DNA of 44,615 nt from Phycisphaerales bacterium (GTDB lineage Bacteria; Planctomycetota; Phycisphaerae; SM23-33). The first letter of the stretch is position 1. Each line of letters opens with the position of its first letter. Of this stretch, positions 8,557-18,283 are shown one piece after another. The notes under the pieces were generated by a model. The model did no database searches. It was given only the letters and a program-made list of their open reading frames with translations, and was not told where the DNA came from. The stretch is taken from the NCBI GenBank assembly GCA_018645065.1, contig JABGPF010000007.1, forward strand, positions 1 through 44,615, in the 5' to 3' direction. Made by a program: the position numbers and the translations under genes.

Positions 8557-11136
8557 ATGCGCGCAAGATGGATAATAGTTGCGATGCTGACAATCATAGG
8601 CCCGTCCTGTGCGCTGGGCGCCGATGACCGGCCCAACCCGCTCGAAATGATCCGGGCGATTCTTCGTGACGAATCTCGCGAATTGGCTGAAGTGTTTAAG
8701 AAGCCAAGCAAAACTCCGTTGACGCGATTTCCCGTAGGCCAGCTCGCGCGGGCCCAGGCGATTGCAGGCGATTTGGACGGAGCGCTTAAAACCGCTTCGA
8801 TTCCCAAGGGCCCAGGCGTTAAAGCCCAACGCGCCCGCGACGAAGCGATCGGTGATGTCGGTGATTATTTCGCTCGCCAAGACATGCTGAGCAAGGCCCT
8901 GACGATCGTTCAGGGTTCATCGGTCAAGGTGAAGGTTCGCGTTGCTTTGGCGTTCGCCGAGTCCCACGCAAAACTCAAGCCAGGCATCGCGCGAGGCGTC
9001 TTGAACGCTGTGCGAAGTATCGCACGGGGCCTCAAACTTCGCGATAAGATCAGAACGCTGAACAAGATCGCAATCATCCAGAGCAATACCGGAGATATGC
9101 CCGGTTCGGCGAAAATCTGCACCCAAGCCGCCAAGAACGTAAGATTACTTACATCACCGCGCGAACGGGTCTGGGCGCTTACAGGTGTCGTAAAAGCCGC
9201 CTCCGAAGCAGGTCATGGAGCACTGGTTTCAAAACTTGCCGACGAGGTTTTATCCGATATCGAAAAAGTAAACGGCTTGCAGGCCGATGAGATCAAAACC
9301 GACGCCAAAAAAGATCTCGAACTGATTAGGCTCCCCGTGCTGCCGCCGCCGGAGACTCCCGATAAAAGCACCGCGGAAAACGTAAATAAACTCCTGTCAC
9401 AAAAGAAGTATCCCCAGGCGATCAAAGAGGCTGATGAATTTGCTAACGATCTGGCCCGGGCAGAGAGCCTGCTTCGAATTGCACTGGCGATGGTGCGAGA
9501 TGGAAAAAGACAACAGGCCCAGGAAATAGTTAACGGAGTTGAGGGCTATGTCGCAGCGAGCGAAAGTCGCGCGCTCAGGTGGCTCGTGATGGAAAAACCG
9601 GAGAGTTGGACTTATTACAGGATAGAGGAGGGCGCCGAAGGGCCCATGCGGATGCGAATTACAGCCCTCGCAATTCCGTTGTGGTACGAACTGCAGGCCA
9701 ACGGAGATCGTACGAAATCGCCTGTGGAATTGCTCGATAGGGGGATCTGGTGGATGGACGATGGTCTGCTCGAAACAGTGGTTCGCGCCGATGCTAAGTG
9801 CGGTGATCTGAAAGTTGTGATGCGATGGGTTAAGGAGTATCTGAAAGGCCGTTCGCCGGGCAACTCAACACGTATATCAATGTATGCAGTGATAGCCGAT
9901 CAAGCAGTTAAGCGACGCAACGAGCCGCACCCGGTCCTCCACAAGCCGACCAAGAAGCCAAACGACCCGATTATCATGACGACAGATGACACTGACCCGC
10001 CTCCGCCAGCGCCGCCGCCCAGCGACCCGATTGTCCCAACGAAAGTTGACACCGGCCCCGCAGCGGTGCTGCTGAACAAACTCGCCCGGCAGTTCGATAA
10101 AATCACCGCCAAGCAGGCCGGCTACCCGAACAGAGTATCGCGGGAGTGTAAGCGGTTCCCCGAAGGCGACCTGTTCCCATACGTCTTGCCGGCGATCGCA
10201 TATGCGAACATGACGCTGGACGATCCGCTCATGCGTTCTGAGGCCCTGAAGCGGATGGCGGGCCTGCTCGACGCTGCCGTTGTGAGCACGATAAAAGCAG
10301 TCAAACCGCCCGGCGGCGATCTGGCGAAACTCACATCGTACAAGAAGCACGGGACATATCTCGGGCAGCTTAACATGGCGCTGGGTTATTACCGATTGAT
10401 CGGCGGCGACAAGCGCTACGACGCGATTAACAAGGCGATCTCCGATGTGTTGCACAAGGCGCTTGTAGAATCGAAAGGCCGTCCGCTGAAGTCGTTCCCC
10501 ACGTATTCCTGGACATTCGACACGGTGGCGGTGGCGCTGTCGCTGCGGCTTTATGATTACAATACCGACTCTACCCGAAGCGCCGCGGCGATCAAATCGT
10601 ATCTTGAGTGGATGGGTAAAAACGGTATCCACGGCGCCACCAAGCTGCCGTACAGTGTCATCAATTCAGCCGGTAAGGGTATGAAGTTACCCCGCGGTTG
10701 CGACTTGTCGTGGCGGATATCGATGCTCGCTCAGCTTGACGCTCCGCTTGCTAAAAGCATGTATGACGCTTACGTGAAATCGTTCTGGTTGGATCGTCAG
10801 GGGATATCCGGTTTCGCCGAATGGCCCGGTGGTAAGGGCGGTGGTCAGGACGCCGATTCCGGTCCGATAGTTATGGGGATTGGCATGACGGCATCTGGCA
10901 TGGGAATCGCAGCGGCATCATCGACCGGTGACACGAAACGTCGAGATCAATTGCTCGCCCAGACGATGTCTTTTAAAACGCTGGTGCGCCAGTTGGCTTT
11001 GATGTCTCCGCAAATGAAGAAAATGCTCACCATGGGCGGACAGATAGATTCCGCCAGCGATTACGTTACCGGTTTCCTGTACGGTGACGCGACATTATTC
11101 TACGCGGTAAGCTGGCGTCAGCTGCCGTGTAAATAG
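8557..11136 (+). CDS. Secreted hypothetical protein with two domains joined by a proline-rich linker
   Basis: 859-aa ORF with a signal-like N-terminus (MRARWIIVAMLTIIGPSCALGADD). The N-terminal half looks alpha-helical and repeat-like. Linker is DTDPPPPAPPPSDPIVP. The C-terminal ~360 aa form a globular domain I cannot assign. It ends with TAG. Confidence 0.8.
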   Translation: MRARWIIVAMLTIIGPSCALGADDRPNPLEMIRAILRDESRELAEVFKKPSKTPLTRFPVGQLARAQAIAGDLDGALKTASIPKGPGVKAQRARDEAIGDVGDYFARQDMLSKALTIVQGSSVKVKVRVALAFAESHAKLKPGIARGVLNAVRSIARGLKLRDKIRTLNKIAIIQSNTGDMPGSAKICTQAAKNVRLLTSPRERVWALTGVVKAASEAGHGALVSKLADEVLSDIEKVNGLQADEIKTDAKKDLELIRLPVLPPPETPDKSTAENVNKLLSQKKYPQAIKEADEFANDLARAESLLRIALAMVRDGKRQQAQEIVNGVEGYVAASESRALRWLVMEKPESWTYYRIEEGAEGPMRMRITALAIPLWYELQANGDRTKSPVELLDRGIWWMDDGLLETVVRADAKCGDLKVVMRWVKEYLKGRSPGNSTRISMYAVIADQAVKRRNEPHPVLHKPTKKPNDPIIMTTDDTDPPPPAPPPSDPIVPTKVDTGPAAVLLNKLARQFDKITAKQAGYPNRVSRECKRFPEGDLFPYVLPAIAYANMTLDDPLMRSEALKRMAGLLDAAVVSTIKAVKPPGGDLAKLTSYKKHGTYLGQLNMALGYYRLIGGDKRYDAINKAISDVLHKALVESKGRPLKSFPTYSWTFDTVAVALSLRLYDYNTDSTRSAAAIKSYLEWMGKNGIHGATKLPYSVINSAGKGMKLPRGCDLSWRISMLAQLDAPLAKSMYDAYVKSFWLDRQGISGFAEWPGGKGGGQDADSGPIVMGIGMTASGMGIAAASSTGDTKRRDQLLAQTMSFKTLVRQLALMSPQMKKMLTMGGQIDSASDYVTGFLYGDATLFYAVSWRQLPCK

Positions 11137-11179
11137 AGCGTTGTCGTAATTTGGAGTGAGGCGTCGCTGTTGATCAATT

Positions 11180-12118
11180 CTATATTGTATTTGTGGTCTT
11201 GCGGAGTTTGGCCAGGCCCTCTTTGGCTACTTCCAGCCCCGGGCGTTTGTAGTAGTCTCGGTTGAACAGTTCCAGGCTCAACCATCCGTTGAAACCGCCG
11301 GTCTTCAGCGTTGTGAATATCTGTTTGAGCGGTGCTACGCCGTCGCCTGGGAAAACGCGGTGCGCGTCGGTTATGGTCGCCCGCGGCGGGTCGGCGGGGT
11401 AGTCGTTCACGTGGAACACGCTCATCGCGTCAGGTCCGAGGAACTTCAGGCCGGAGAAACTCGAACCGCCCTTGTAAATGTGATAGACGTCCAGGAGCAC
11501 GCTGGCTTTGGGGTGCCCGCTCTCGGCGGCGACGAACAGCGCCTGGCCGATGCGGTTTAGCGTGTTGGACGATCCCCATATCTCGAGTAGCGGCGTCACG
11601 CCGGTTTTGTCGCCGAGGTCAAGTGCGGCGCGGTAGCGTTTGGCGATGGCTTGCAGGTCTTTGATCGGCGTCTTGCCCACACCGGCTGGAGCGGCTGCGA
11701 TGCCCGTACCGCCGATCTGTTTGACCAGTTCCATGTCGCTGGCGAGATCCGCCAGGCCCTTGGCTCGCCGGGCATCGTCATCGGATATCCATGCGGCGAA
11801 CCCGATCGCGCTGGGCACACTCAAACCGAGATCTGCGATTCGCTTGCGCAGATCCTTCAGCGAACCGCCTTTTTTCTGGTAGCTTCGAATAGATCCGATC
11901 CATGGCTCGATGGCTTTGTAACCAGCTTTGGCGGCGATTTCGACTTCCTTGACGATGCCCAACTTTTGGCCTCGAATAGTTCCGGTGTTCAGGCAGTATC
12001 CAAACGCCTGCTTCGCCGGTTTTTGCGCCGCGCCGCTTGCATTGCCTGCAATCGCCCCAACGGCCAACGCGGCGCCCATCTGCTTCAGTGCGGTCCGTCG
12101 TGCTATATTTGTCGCCAT
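11180..12118 (-). CDS. Tat-signal sugar phosphate isomerase/epimerase (xylose isomerase-like TIM barrel)
   Basis: Twin-arginine N-terminus MATNIARRTALKQMGAALAVGAIAG. TIM-barrel family motifs: AGYKAIEPW, LLEIWG, VFHVNDYP, GWLSLELF. It lies 19 nt downstream of the preceding gene. Confidence 0.85.
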   Translation of the reverse strand: MATNIARRTALKQMGAALAVGAIAGNASGAAQKPAKQAFGYCLNTGTIRGQKLGIVKEVEIAAKAGYKAIEPWIGSIRSYQKKGGSLKDLRKRIADLGLSVPSAIGFAAWISDDDARRAKGLADLASDMELVKQIGGTGIAAAPAGVGKTPIKDLQAIAKRYRAALDLGDKTGVTPLLEIWGSSNTLNRIGQALFVAAESGHPKASVLLDVYHIYKGGSSFSGLKFLGPDAMSVFHVNDYPADPPRATITDAHRVFPGDGVAPLKQIFTTLKTGGFNGWLSLELFNRDYYKRPGLEVAKEGLAKLRKTTNTI

Positions 12119-12137
12119 ATCCGTTGCCTTTCAAATT

Positions 12138-14042
12138 CTATCGAACTTCCCATCGCAGGTTTCGCAATTCTCGTGGTTTGGCCCAGTTGGTCGGTTTGGT
12201 CGGTAGCTGGGTTTTCTTTCCATTGATCATTACCGCGATTCGCCCTCGGATACCGAGTTCGGTAATGCGGGTCCAGCTTTTCAGCGGGTGTTTTGTGCGT
12301 TTATCGACCGGTTTGAAATCTGCGACGGTTACGCTGATGCTCTGCCATTTGGCTGAGCCCTTGATGTTCACCCGGGCGTAGTACTCACCGTTTGTCTTGC
12401 CCGGGAAGGCGTTCCATCCGTTGTCGCTCACTACGAAGAACAGGGTTGCGTCTTTGGCGTTTTTCACGTCGAGCGTTAGTTTCGCTCCGTCAGGCGCCGC
12501 GTACATGGAGTCCTTGATTTTGCGTGTTTGCGCGTTCCACCAGCACGGGTTGTTCCAGTTCAGGCGGTACCAGTCCTGGTAGTCGGTGAAATCCTTTTCG
12601 ATTATCCTGGTGCGTGCGGGGGAGGCTTTTACTTTGGCGGTTTGGAGCTGCCGGGGGGTGTAGCTGATCATCTCCGACGAGATGCCGAATGTTTCGGGGA
12701 TTGTCCGCATCCAGGGATATCCGACCAGCGTATGATCAAGCTTGTAATATACGTTTGCCATGATGTACAGCGGGCGGTTAGTGCTGCCGATGGGGCACTT
12801 GGCGCGCCACGAGTCGCCTTTTCGCTCCAGCGATGCGGTGCGCCAGAATCGCGTGAGAATGTGCGGATCGACCGAGTAATAAACGACCACCTTGGCGACG
12901 TTTTTGACCTGATCGGGTTTGACGACGACAGCGGGTATAGCATCTTTTGTGTGCAGGTCGGCGGTTATGATCGGTGTTTTGGGGAAGTTGAATGCGCCTT
13001 TGAGATGAGTTTCGAAGAAGAGCATTCCGGCGAAGTAATGTTCGCTGACCGCTCGATGGTTCATGTGCGGAGTGATGGTGTAGTTTACGGTTTTGCTCTT
13101 TGTGGCCCGCCAGTTGGCGTACATGTTGTCGAGTATTCCGTTGAAGTCATTATGCGGTCCGACGTAGAGGATCGGCGCGGTGACTTCCTTGATGTACAGC
13201 GCATCGTCGATGGTCTTGTGGTACAGCTCCGACTGCCTGCGACGCACGCCGGCGTTGGGGCGGTTGCGAATATGCTCGGGCGCCGAACCGCTGCCCCCGC
13301 ACGACGGAACAGCCGCCTTGATCCGCTTATCGCAACCGGCGAGCATAACGGTGAGCTTACCGCCCATCGAGTGGCCGAACGCTCCGATCCTGGCGGGGTC
13401 CACTTCGGGTTGTTTCTGTAGGAAAGTTATCCCACGTTTGGCTGCGATGATTATCAGGAACCAATTGCTGTTGCGCGGTGATTCGACGGTGTCGACCGTG
13501 AGCTTGTCGGGCATGAGCGACCCGTAGTGGGTGTTGTGCCCGGTTTGTGTTGCGTCCACCGCGCCCCAGTTGGTGGTTGGTTGGCCGGGTTGGGCCTCTT
13601 CCATTTCGCGTCCGCCCCAGTTTATCGACAAGGTTGCGTATCCGTTATCGGCTCCGTATTTGGCGCTGTGGATCGATGCCCTCTGACCCCCTCCGTGCAT
13701 TTGTATAAGCGCGGGTATTTTTTTCCCATTACCGTTGCCTTTGCGTTTGGTGGGGAATGCGTAGAAGGCGGCCATGGTCGCCTTTTTCCCTTTGAACGTT
13801 CCGATAGTGTACGTGAGGTATCGGATCGTCACGCCTTGGTCATTCCACTGTCGCACGATCTTCACATCGAGCGGTTCCGTAGTTGAGTCGTACCCGGACC
13901 AGAGTTCTTTAACGTTCTGGGGTACTCTCCCGTTTTTGAGTGGGGCCAGGGTGTCGGCTGCATTTAGCTTGATCGTTGAGCCAAACAGAATAGTTACCGT
14001 TAGTGAACTTAAGATCAGATTTTTCAAATCACCAGGCTCCAT
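12138..14042 (-). CDS. Secreted alpha/beta hydrolase (acetyl-xylan-esterase/dienelactone-hydrolase-like) with a C-terminal extension
   Basis: Motifs IQMHGGGQRA and GAFGHSMGGKLT (nucleophile elbow). I prefer ATG 14042 (MEPGDLKNLILSSLTVTILFGSTIKLNAAD, signal-like) over the GTG at 14117 used in the ORF track, which has no SD. Confidence 0.8.
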   Translation of the reverse strand: MEPGDLKNLILSSLTVTILFGSTIKLNAADTLAPLKNGRVPQNVKELWSGYDSTTEPLDVKIVRQWNDQGVTIRYLTYTIGTFKGKKATMAAFYAFPTKRKGNGNGKKIPALIQMHGGGQRASIHSAKYGADNGYATLSINWGGREMEEAQPGQPTTNWGAVDATQTGHNTHYGSLMPDKLTVDTVESPRNSNWFLIIIAAKRGITFLQKQPEVDPARIGAFGHSMGGKLTVMLAGCDKRIKAAVPSCGGSGSAPEHIRNRPNAGVRRRQSELYHKTIDDALYIKEVTAPILYVGPHNDFNGILDNMYANWRATKSKTVNYTITPHMNHRAVSEHYFAGMLFFETHLKGAFNFPKTPIITADLHTKDAIPAVVVKPDQVKNVAKVVVYYSVDPHILTRFWRTASLERKGDSWRAKCPIGSTNRPLYIMANVYYKLDHTLVGYPWMRTIPETFGISSEMISYTPRQLQTAKVKASPARTRIIEKDFTDYQDWYRLNWNNPCWWNAQTRKIKDSMYAAPDGAKLTLDVKNAKDATLFFVVSDNGWNAFPGKTNGEYYARVNIKGSAKWQSISVTVADFKPVDKRTKHPLKSWTRITELGIRGRIAVMINGKKTQLPTKPTNWAKPRELRNLRWEVR

Positions 14043-14144
14043 GTCGTCAGGACTTCCCCAGTTGGGGGCGGTTCGGTCGTCTGGTGATATTGTATCGGCG
14101 TGAGGCGCGATAACCACTCTTTTTGATCAGGAAGGGGCTCCGTC

Positions 14145-15068
14145 TCAGATTGCGAGATACTCTCGATTCATCGTTTTTTTGAGTTTCGCCAGGGCCTTTT
14201 TCTGGATCTGCCTGACTCGTTCTGTGGTCAGGCCGACGTGCTGGCCTACTTCGTTGAGCGTCTTTTTCCTGCTGCCTTCGGTCAGCGCGAAACGCTGTGT
14301 GACGATTGTTTGCTCGACTTCGCTCAGGTTGGCCCGGTTGGCGGTCAGGATTTGGCGCAGATCGCCCAGCGCGTTATCGAGCTGTATTTCGTGCTTCTTT
14401 ACGTCGTAGTCGCTGCGTTCGGTCTGCGGATCGAATTCAGTTGGGAATCGTCGGTGGTATCGTCCAGAGCGGGTGGCCATTCGGTTGTATCCCTTCAGGA
14501 TCGCTCGGCAGGCGTACGTTGAGAATTTGAACCCTCTGGCCACGTCGAATTTTTCGATCGCTCTGAGGAGCGCCATGTTCCCTTCGGAGACCAGTTCGGG
14601 GAATGTTACGAACGGGATCCTGGTTCGTCGGGCCATCGCCATCACCAGCGCCATGTTCGCATCTACGATGGAATCCTGTGCGGATCGCATGCGTTGATAC
14701 CATTGGATCATTTTTTCTGATCGTTTCAGCGAGAATCGTTTGGTCTGTTTTTCGACCAGTTCGCCCAAGCGGTATCGAGCGTAGTTGAATCTGAGGAACA
14801 GTTGCGATTCCTGCTGTTTTGTCAGTGCTTTTCGGGTAGTTCTGATTGTGGGGTTGTCTTCCGGTACTTCGGGGAAGTGTGTCCATTGGGGGATATCGAA
14901 CTGGCAGTGTTCGGTTTCGAACAACGTTCGTTCTGTGCTGGGTTTTTGGAATGATTCGTTGTGTACATGCTCAACGGATTCCGGTATCGCCCGGTATATA
15001 TCCTGCTGTTGGGGGCTGAGTGCTTTGCGGCCTTTGGGTTTTGTAATTTTAGCGAACGAATAAGTCAT
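14145..15068 (-). CDS. Sigma-70 family RNA polymerase sigma factor
   Basis: Region 2: ANMALVMAMARR...LVSEGNMALLRAIEKFDVARGFKFSTYACRAI. Region 4 HTH: TLNEVGQHVGLTTERVRQIQKKALAKLK. AAAGGA SD upstream of the ATG. Confidence 0.9.
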   Translation of the reverse strand: MTYSFAKITKPKGRKALSPQQQDIYRAIPESVEHVHNESFQKPSTERTLFETEHCQFDIPQWTHFPEVPEDNPTIRTTRKALTKQQESQLFLRFNYARYRLGELVEKQTKRFSLKRSEKMIQWYQRMRSAQDSIVDANMALVMAMARRTRIPFVTFPELVSEGNMALLRAIEKFDVARGFKFSTYACRAILKGYNRMATRSGRYHRRFPTEFDPQTERSDYDVKKHEIQLDNALGDLRQILTANRANLSEVEQTIVTQRFALTEGSRKKTLNEVGQHVGLTTERVRQIQKKALAKLKKTMNREYLAI

Positions 15069-15390
15069 CGAGGTATCCTTTCTTCCATCATCTCGGCGGT
15101 CCGAACCTGGCTTCGAGCGACATTCAGAGGATTTGAGAACGACTGACCCAAACCGTGCCCATGGTTAGCGATCCATCCGACCTTTGTTCCACAAGGGTAT
15201 AATACGGGTGTGGCGAGGATGCATCAATTGGCGCTGAAACGGCTTATAACGGTGGGTAATAACCTATGGCCTGTAGGTGAATTACCTACGGGAACAGGCT
15301 GATAGAGATCTGTGCAGGGGATTATAGTCTACTATTCAGGTAGGTTTAAAAGGAGATGTGAATTGGTTTTTACGGTTGTGGTGGGTTGGG

Positions 15391-16068
15391 TTATGTTTCT
15401 CTTTCGAACTGTGCCCATTGAACGGCGTACATGAGTACGTCGGTTGCGGTTTCGAGTCCGAGTTTCTTTTTGATGTGTTCTCGATGTGCGTCTACGGTTT
15501 TCTTGCTGAGGTGCAGTTGTTGTGCGATGTCTTTTGATTGCATTCCTTGTCCGATCATTTCGAACACTTCGAATTCGCGATCGCTTAGTGTGTCGATGGG
15601 GAATGCGAGTTGTCCATTTTTTTGTCCGACGAGTTTTGTCAGGACTTTTGAGGCCATTGCATCGCTGATATAAACTTCCCCGTTGAGTACTTTTCTTATT
15701 CCTTCGATTACTTTTGACGAGACTTCAGCTTTGGTCAGATATCCTTTTGCCCCTGCCCTCAGCACACGTTCTGCGTAGAAGGATTCGTCGTGCATTGTCA
15801 GCACCAGCACCGGCAGGTCCGGCCAGCGTATTTGAATATCTTTTATCAGTTCGATTCCGTGGCTTTGTTTTAGTGAGATATCGACCATGGCGATATCGGG
15901 TTTGGATTGTTCGATTGCTTTTAGTGCTCCGGCGACGTCTTCTGCTTCGGCGCATACAACGAGGTCCGGTTCGTTTCCGATCAGTTGGCTTAGCGCTAAT
16001 CGCATGAGTTCGTGATCGTCGACGATCAGGACTTTTTTTGGTGATTTTGCATCTTGCTTGTCGCTCAC
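15391..16068 (-). CDS. NarL/FixJ-family response regulator (REC + LuxR-type HTH)
   Basis: REC domain: KVLIVDDHELMR...IAMVDISL...VLVLTMHD...GAKGYLTK. HTH: LSDREFEVFEMIGQGMQSKDIAQQLHLSKKTVDAHREHIKKKL. The likely start is GTG 16068, which has AAGGAG 6 nt upstream and overlaps the kinase stop as GTGA. The ORF-track ATG at 16095 is an alternative. Confidence 0.9.
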   Translation of the reverse strand: MSDKQDAKSPKKVLIVDDHELMRLALSQLIGNEPDLVVCAEAEDVAGALKAIEQSKPDIAMVDISLKQSHGIELIKDIQIRWPDLPVLVLTMHDESFYAERVLRAGAKGYLTKAEVSSKVIEGIRKVLNGEVYISDAMASKVLTKLVGQKNGQLAFPIDTLSDREFEVFEMIGQGMQSKDIAQQLHLSKKTVDAHREHIKKKLGLETATDVLMYAVQWAQFERET

Positions 16069-18176
16069 TGGATGCTCCTTATCGGTACGACGCATGATAC
16101 TATGGTCCCGCCGGTCGGATTTTTATCGATTGTCAAAGACCCCTGGATTGATTCGGCGCGGTATTTCATTGTCCTGAATCCGATCCCTATGCTGGGTGGT
16201 AGTTTATTGGGCAGGCCCACGCCGTTGTCTTTTATAGTCAGCGTGATATTGTCGTCATTTCTGGTCAGGATTAGTTTAATACTTTCGGCTTTCCCGTGTC
16301 GAATTGCATTGGTTACCGCTTCCTGCACGAGTCGGTAGATATGCGCCGCTGCAACGTCGTTGCCTATCAGCACAGGTTCTTCGCATTCGAAGGTGCATTT
16401 TATTGGGAACATGTGTTCGGTGTTCGCCGCCATCTCCTTCAAGGCGATCATCAGGCTGTCGGGATTCTTGGGGATTGGGTTTAGTCCCTTGGCCAGTGCG
16501 CGAGTCAGTTTGATTGAGTCCATGGCGACGGTTTCTATTTTCGCGGCGTCTGCTGCTTCTGTCATATCATGAGACGAGAGTTTGTGGTGCAGGACCTGGC
16601 TTAGGAAGGAAATACCGCCCAGCATTTGTCCGAGGCTGTCGTGCAGGTCCTGTCCGATTCGCTGCCTCTCCAGTTCGCCTATTTGCAGGACTTCGTTTTC
16701 CAGTCTCTCGCGTTCCCTGACTTCCTCCTGCAACTGGTTAATGGTTACCGCCAGGCTCTCGGTGCGTTGTTGGACGCGCGTTTCGAGTTCGTTGCGTGCC
16801 GCCAGGAGCGCTTCTTCGGCGCGTTTCAGGTCTGTAATGTCCAGCGCGTATATGTTGACGTAATTGGAGTCGAAAACCGCTGCGTACGTAATGGAGAATA
16901 TCTTGTCGTTCCATTTGAGTTCGGTTCGCATCCAGGTTTTAGTGTTCAGGGTTTCGACGGCGAAATCGAGCCACTTTCCTGAAAGCGGTCGATGTTCATC
17001 GCAGTCCCAGGCTTCCAGCAGGGGAGCCGCCGCTTCGTTGCGATATAATATCTTTCCGTCGATCGCGATTCTCAGAACGGGATTCGGATTTTCGGCCGGG
17101 AATTTCGCCAACGCCGCGATTTGTGCTTCGGCCAGTTTTCTATCGGTGATATCTCGAATGATGCCCGTGAAGAAAACTTCCTCCTTGCCCGCCCAACTGG
17201 CCAGCGACAGTTCGATAGGGAATTCCTCACCGTTTTTTCGCAGCCCCACCAGTTCGACGGTTTTTCCAACGACGTGCGCTTCGGCTCCGGACAGGAGCCT
17301 TCCCATAGCCTGATCGTGCGAGAGGCGATGTTTTGCGGGCATGAGAATAGTCAGCGGTTGTCCGATGATTTCTTCTGTTGAATATCCGAATATGCTTTCT
17401 GCGACCTGGTTCCACAGGATGATGTGTCCTTTATCGTCGGCGCAGACGATCGCATCGCTCGCTGTTTCCATCAGGGTGCGAAATCGTCTTTCGCTGGTCT
17501 CTAGTGCATCGAACATGCGGCTGTTTTTCAGTGCAATTGCCGCCAGTTCACCCAACCCGGTGGCCAGTTGCGCGTCTTCGTCGGTGAAGCCTCCCGGTTT
17601 GTTGGCCAGCCCGAGCAGACCAGCCGCTTTCCCGTCAATAACCAGTGGCGCGAACATGACGCAGTGCAGCGGTGAATGTCCTTCCGGTATGAACTTCATC
17701 CATTGGCTCGCGGCGAACTGGTTATCGTACACAGCTTGCCCGGTTCGATACGCTTCGGCCCGCAGGCCTCGGATCGGCATGGGCAGCGACGGGTCCACTG
17801 TGCAGGGTTGCCCGCCTGAGTCCAGGAACAGCACTTCGTTTTCCGTTCCGTTCGGCCCCAGCAACGCCACATATCCCGCGGCGCCTCCGGTTAGTTCCTT
17901 GGCTGCGTCGAATATGTATCTTGCCGCGGTTGGGAAATCGTGATATTCGAGCACTGCGCGAGAGGCCTTGAGTAGACCGGAGAGTTGTCCCTGCCTGCGA
18001 TTCGATTCAGCCAATGCGTCGGCGAGGGTTTTGTTCATGTCCTCGGCGCTGATCTCGCGGGGTTCGGTCTTGCTGGCCAGATGAGGATTCAAGACAGGCG
18101 CAGAGCCTTTTTTGCCCACCAAGCGTTCCGCCTGGTCCGAATGTGTATTTTTAGATAACGAATCTTCTGAAGCCAT
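16065..18176 (-). CDS. Cytoplasmic sensor histidine kinase (GAF - PAS - PAS-like - HisKA_3 - HATPase_c)
   Basis: GAF-like block: AAGYVALLGPNG...KAAGLLGLANKPGGFTDED. PAS: FRTLMETASDAIVCADDKGHIILWNQ. Second PAS-like block: ENPNPVLRIAIDGKILYRN. H-box: ERQRIGQDLHDSLGQ. ATPase: IKDNGVGLP. No TM segments were seen. I prefer the start at ATG 18176 (GAAGGA SD) because the ORF-track start at 18323 lies inside a large hairpin. Confidence 0.9.
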   Translation of the reverse strand: MASEDSLSKNTHSDQAERLVGKKGSAPVLNPHLASKTEPREISAEDMNKTLADALAESNRRQGQLSGLLKASRAVLEYHDFPTAARYIFDAAKELTGGAAGYVALLGPNGTENEVLFLDSGGQPCTVDPSLPMPIRGLRAEAYRTGQAVYDNQFAASQWMKFIPEGHSPLHCVMFAPLVIDGKAAGLLGLANKPGGFTDEDAQLATGLGELAAIALKNSRMFDALETSERRFRTLMETASDAIVCADDKGHIILWNQVAESIFGYSTEEIIGQPLTILMPAKHRLSHDQAMGRLLSGAEAHVVGKTVELVGLRKNGEEFPIELSLASWAGKEEVFFTGIIRDITDRKLAEAQIAALAKFPAENPNPVLRIAIDGKILYRNEAAAPLLEAWDCDEHRPLSGKWLDFAVETLNTKTWMRTELKWNDKIFSITYAAVFDSNYVNIYALDITDLKRAEEALLAARNELETRVQQRTESLAVTINQLQEEVRERERLENEVLQIGELERQRIGQDLHDSLGQMLGGISFLSQVLHHKLSSHDMTEAADAAKIETVAMDSIKLTRALAKGLNPIPKNPDSLMIALKEMAANTEHMFPIKCTFECEEPVLIGNDVAAAHIYRLVQEAVTNAIRHGKAESIKLILTRNDDNITLTIKDNGVGLPNKLPPSIGIGFRTMKYRAESIQGSLTIDKNPTGGTIVSCVVPIRSIQ

Positions 18177-18283
18177 GCACAAGTCCTTCGCTCCGCAACA
18201 CATGCTAATCAAGATTGTCGATTGTATCCGATGTCCGGTTCCTAGCAAGATCAAATTGTTCGGGGTATCCGGCGGTTTTATTT

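Noticed and set aside
15069-15390. Possible small RNA or riboswitch in the 322-bp gap upstream of the sigma-factor gene, which contains a small hairpin CCTGTAGGT-GAATT-ACCTACGGG and a plus-strand TATAAT
   Set aside because: There is only one short imperfect hairpin and no recognisable riboswitch consensus. The TATAAT has no suitably spaced -35 box and points antisense to the genes. The evidence is insufficient to call a feature.
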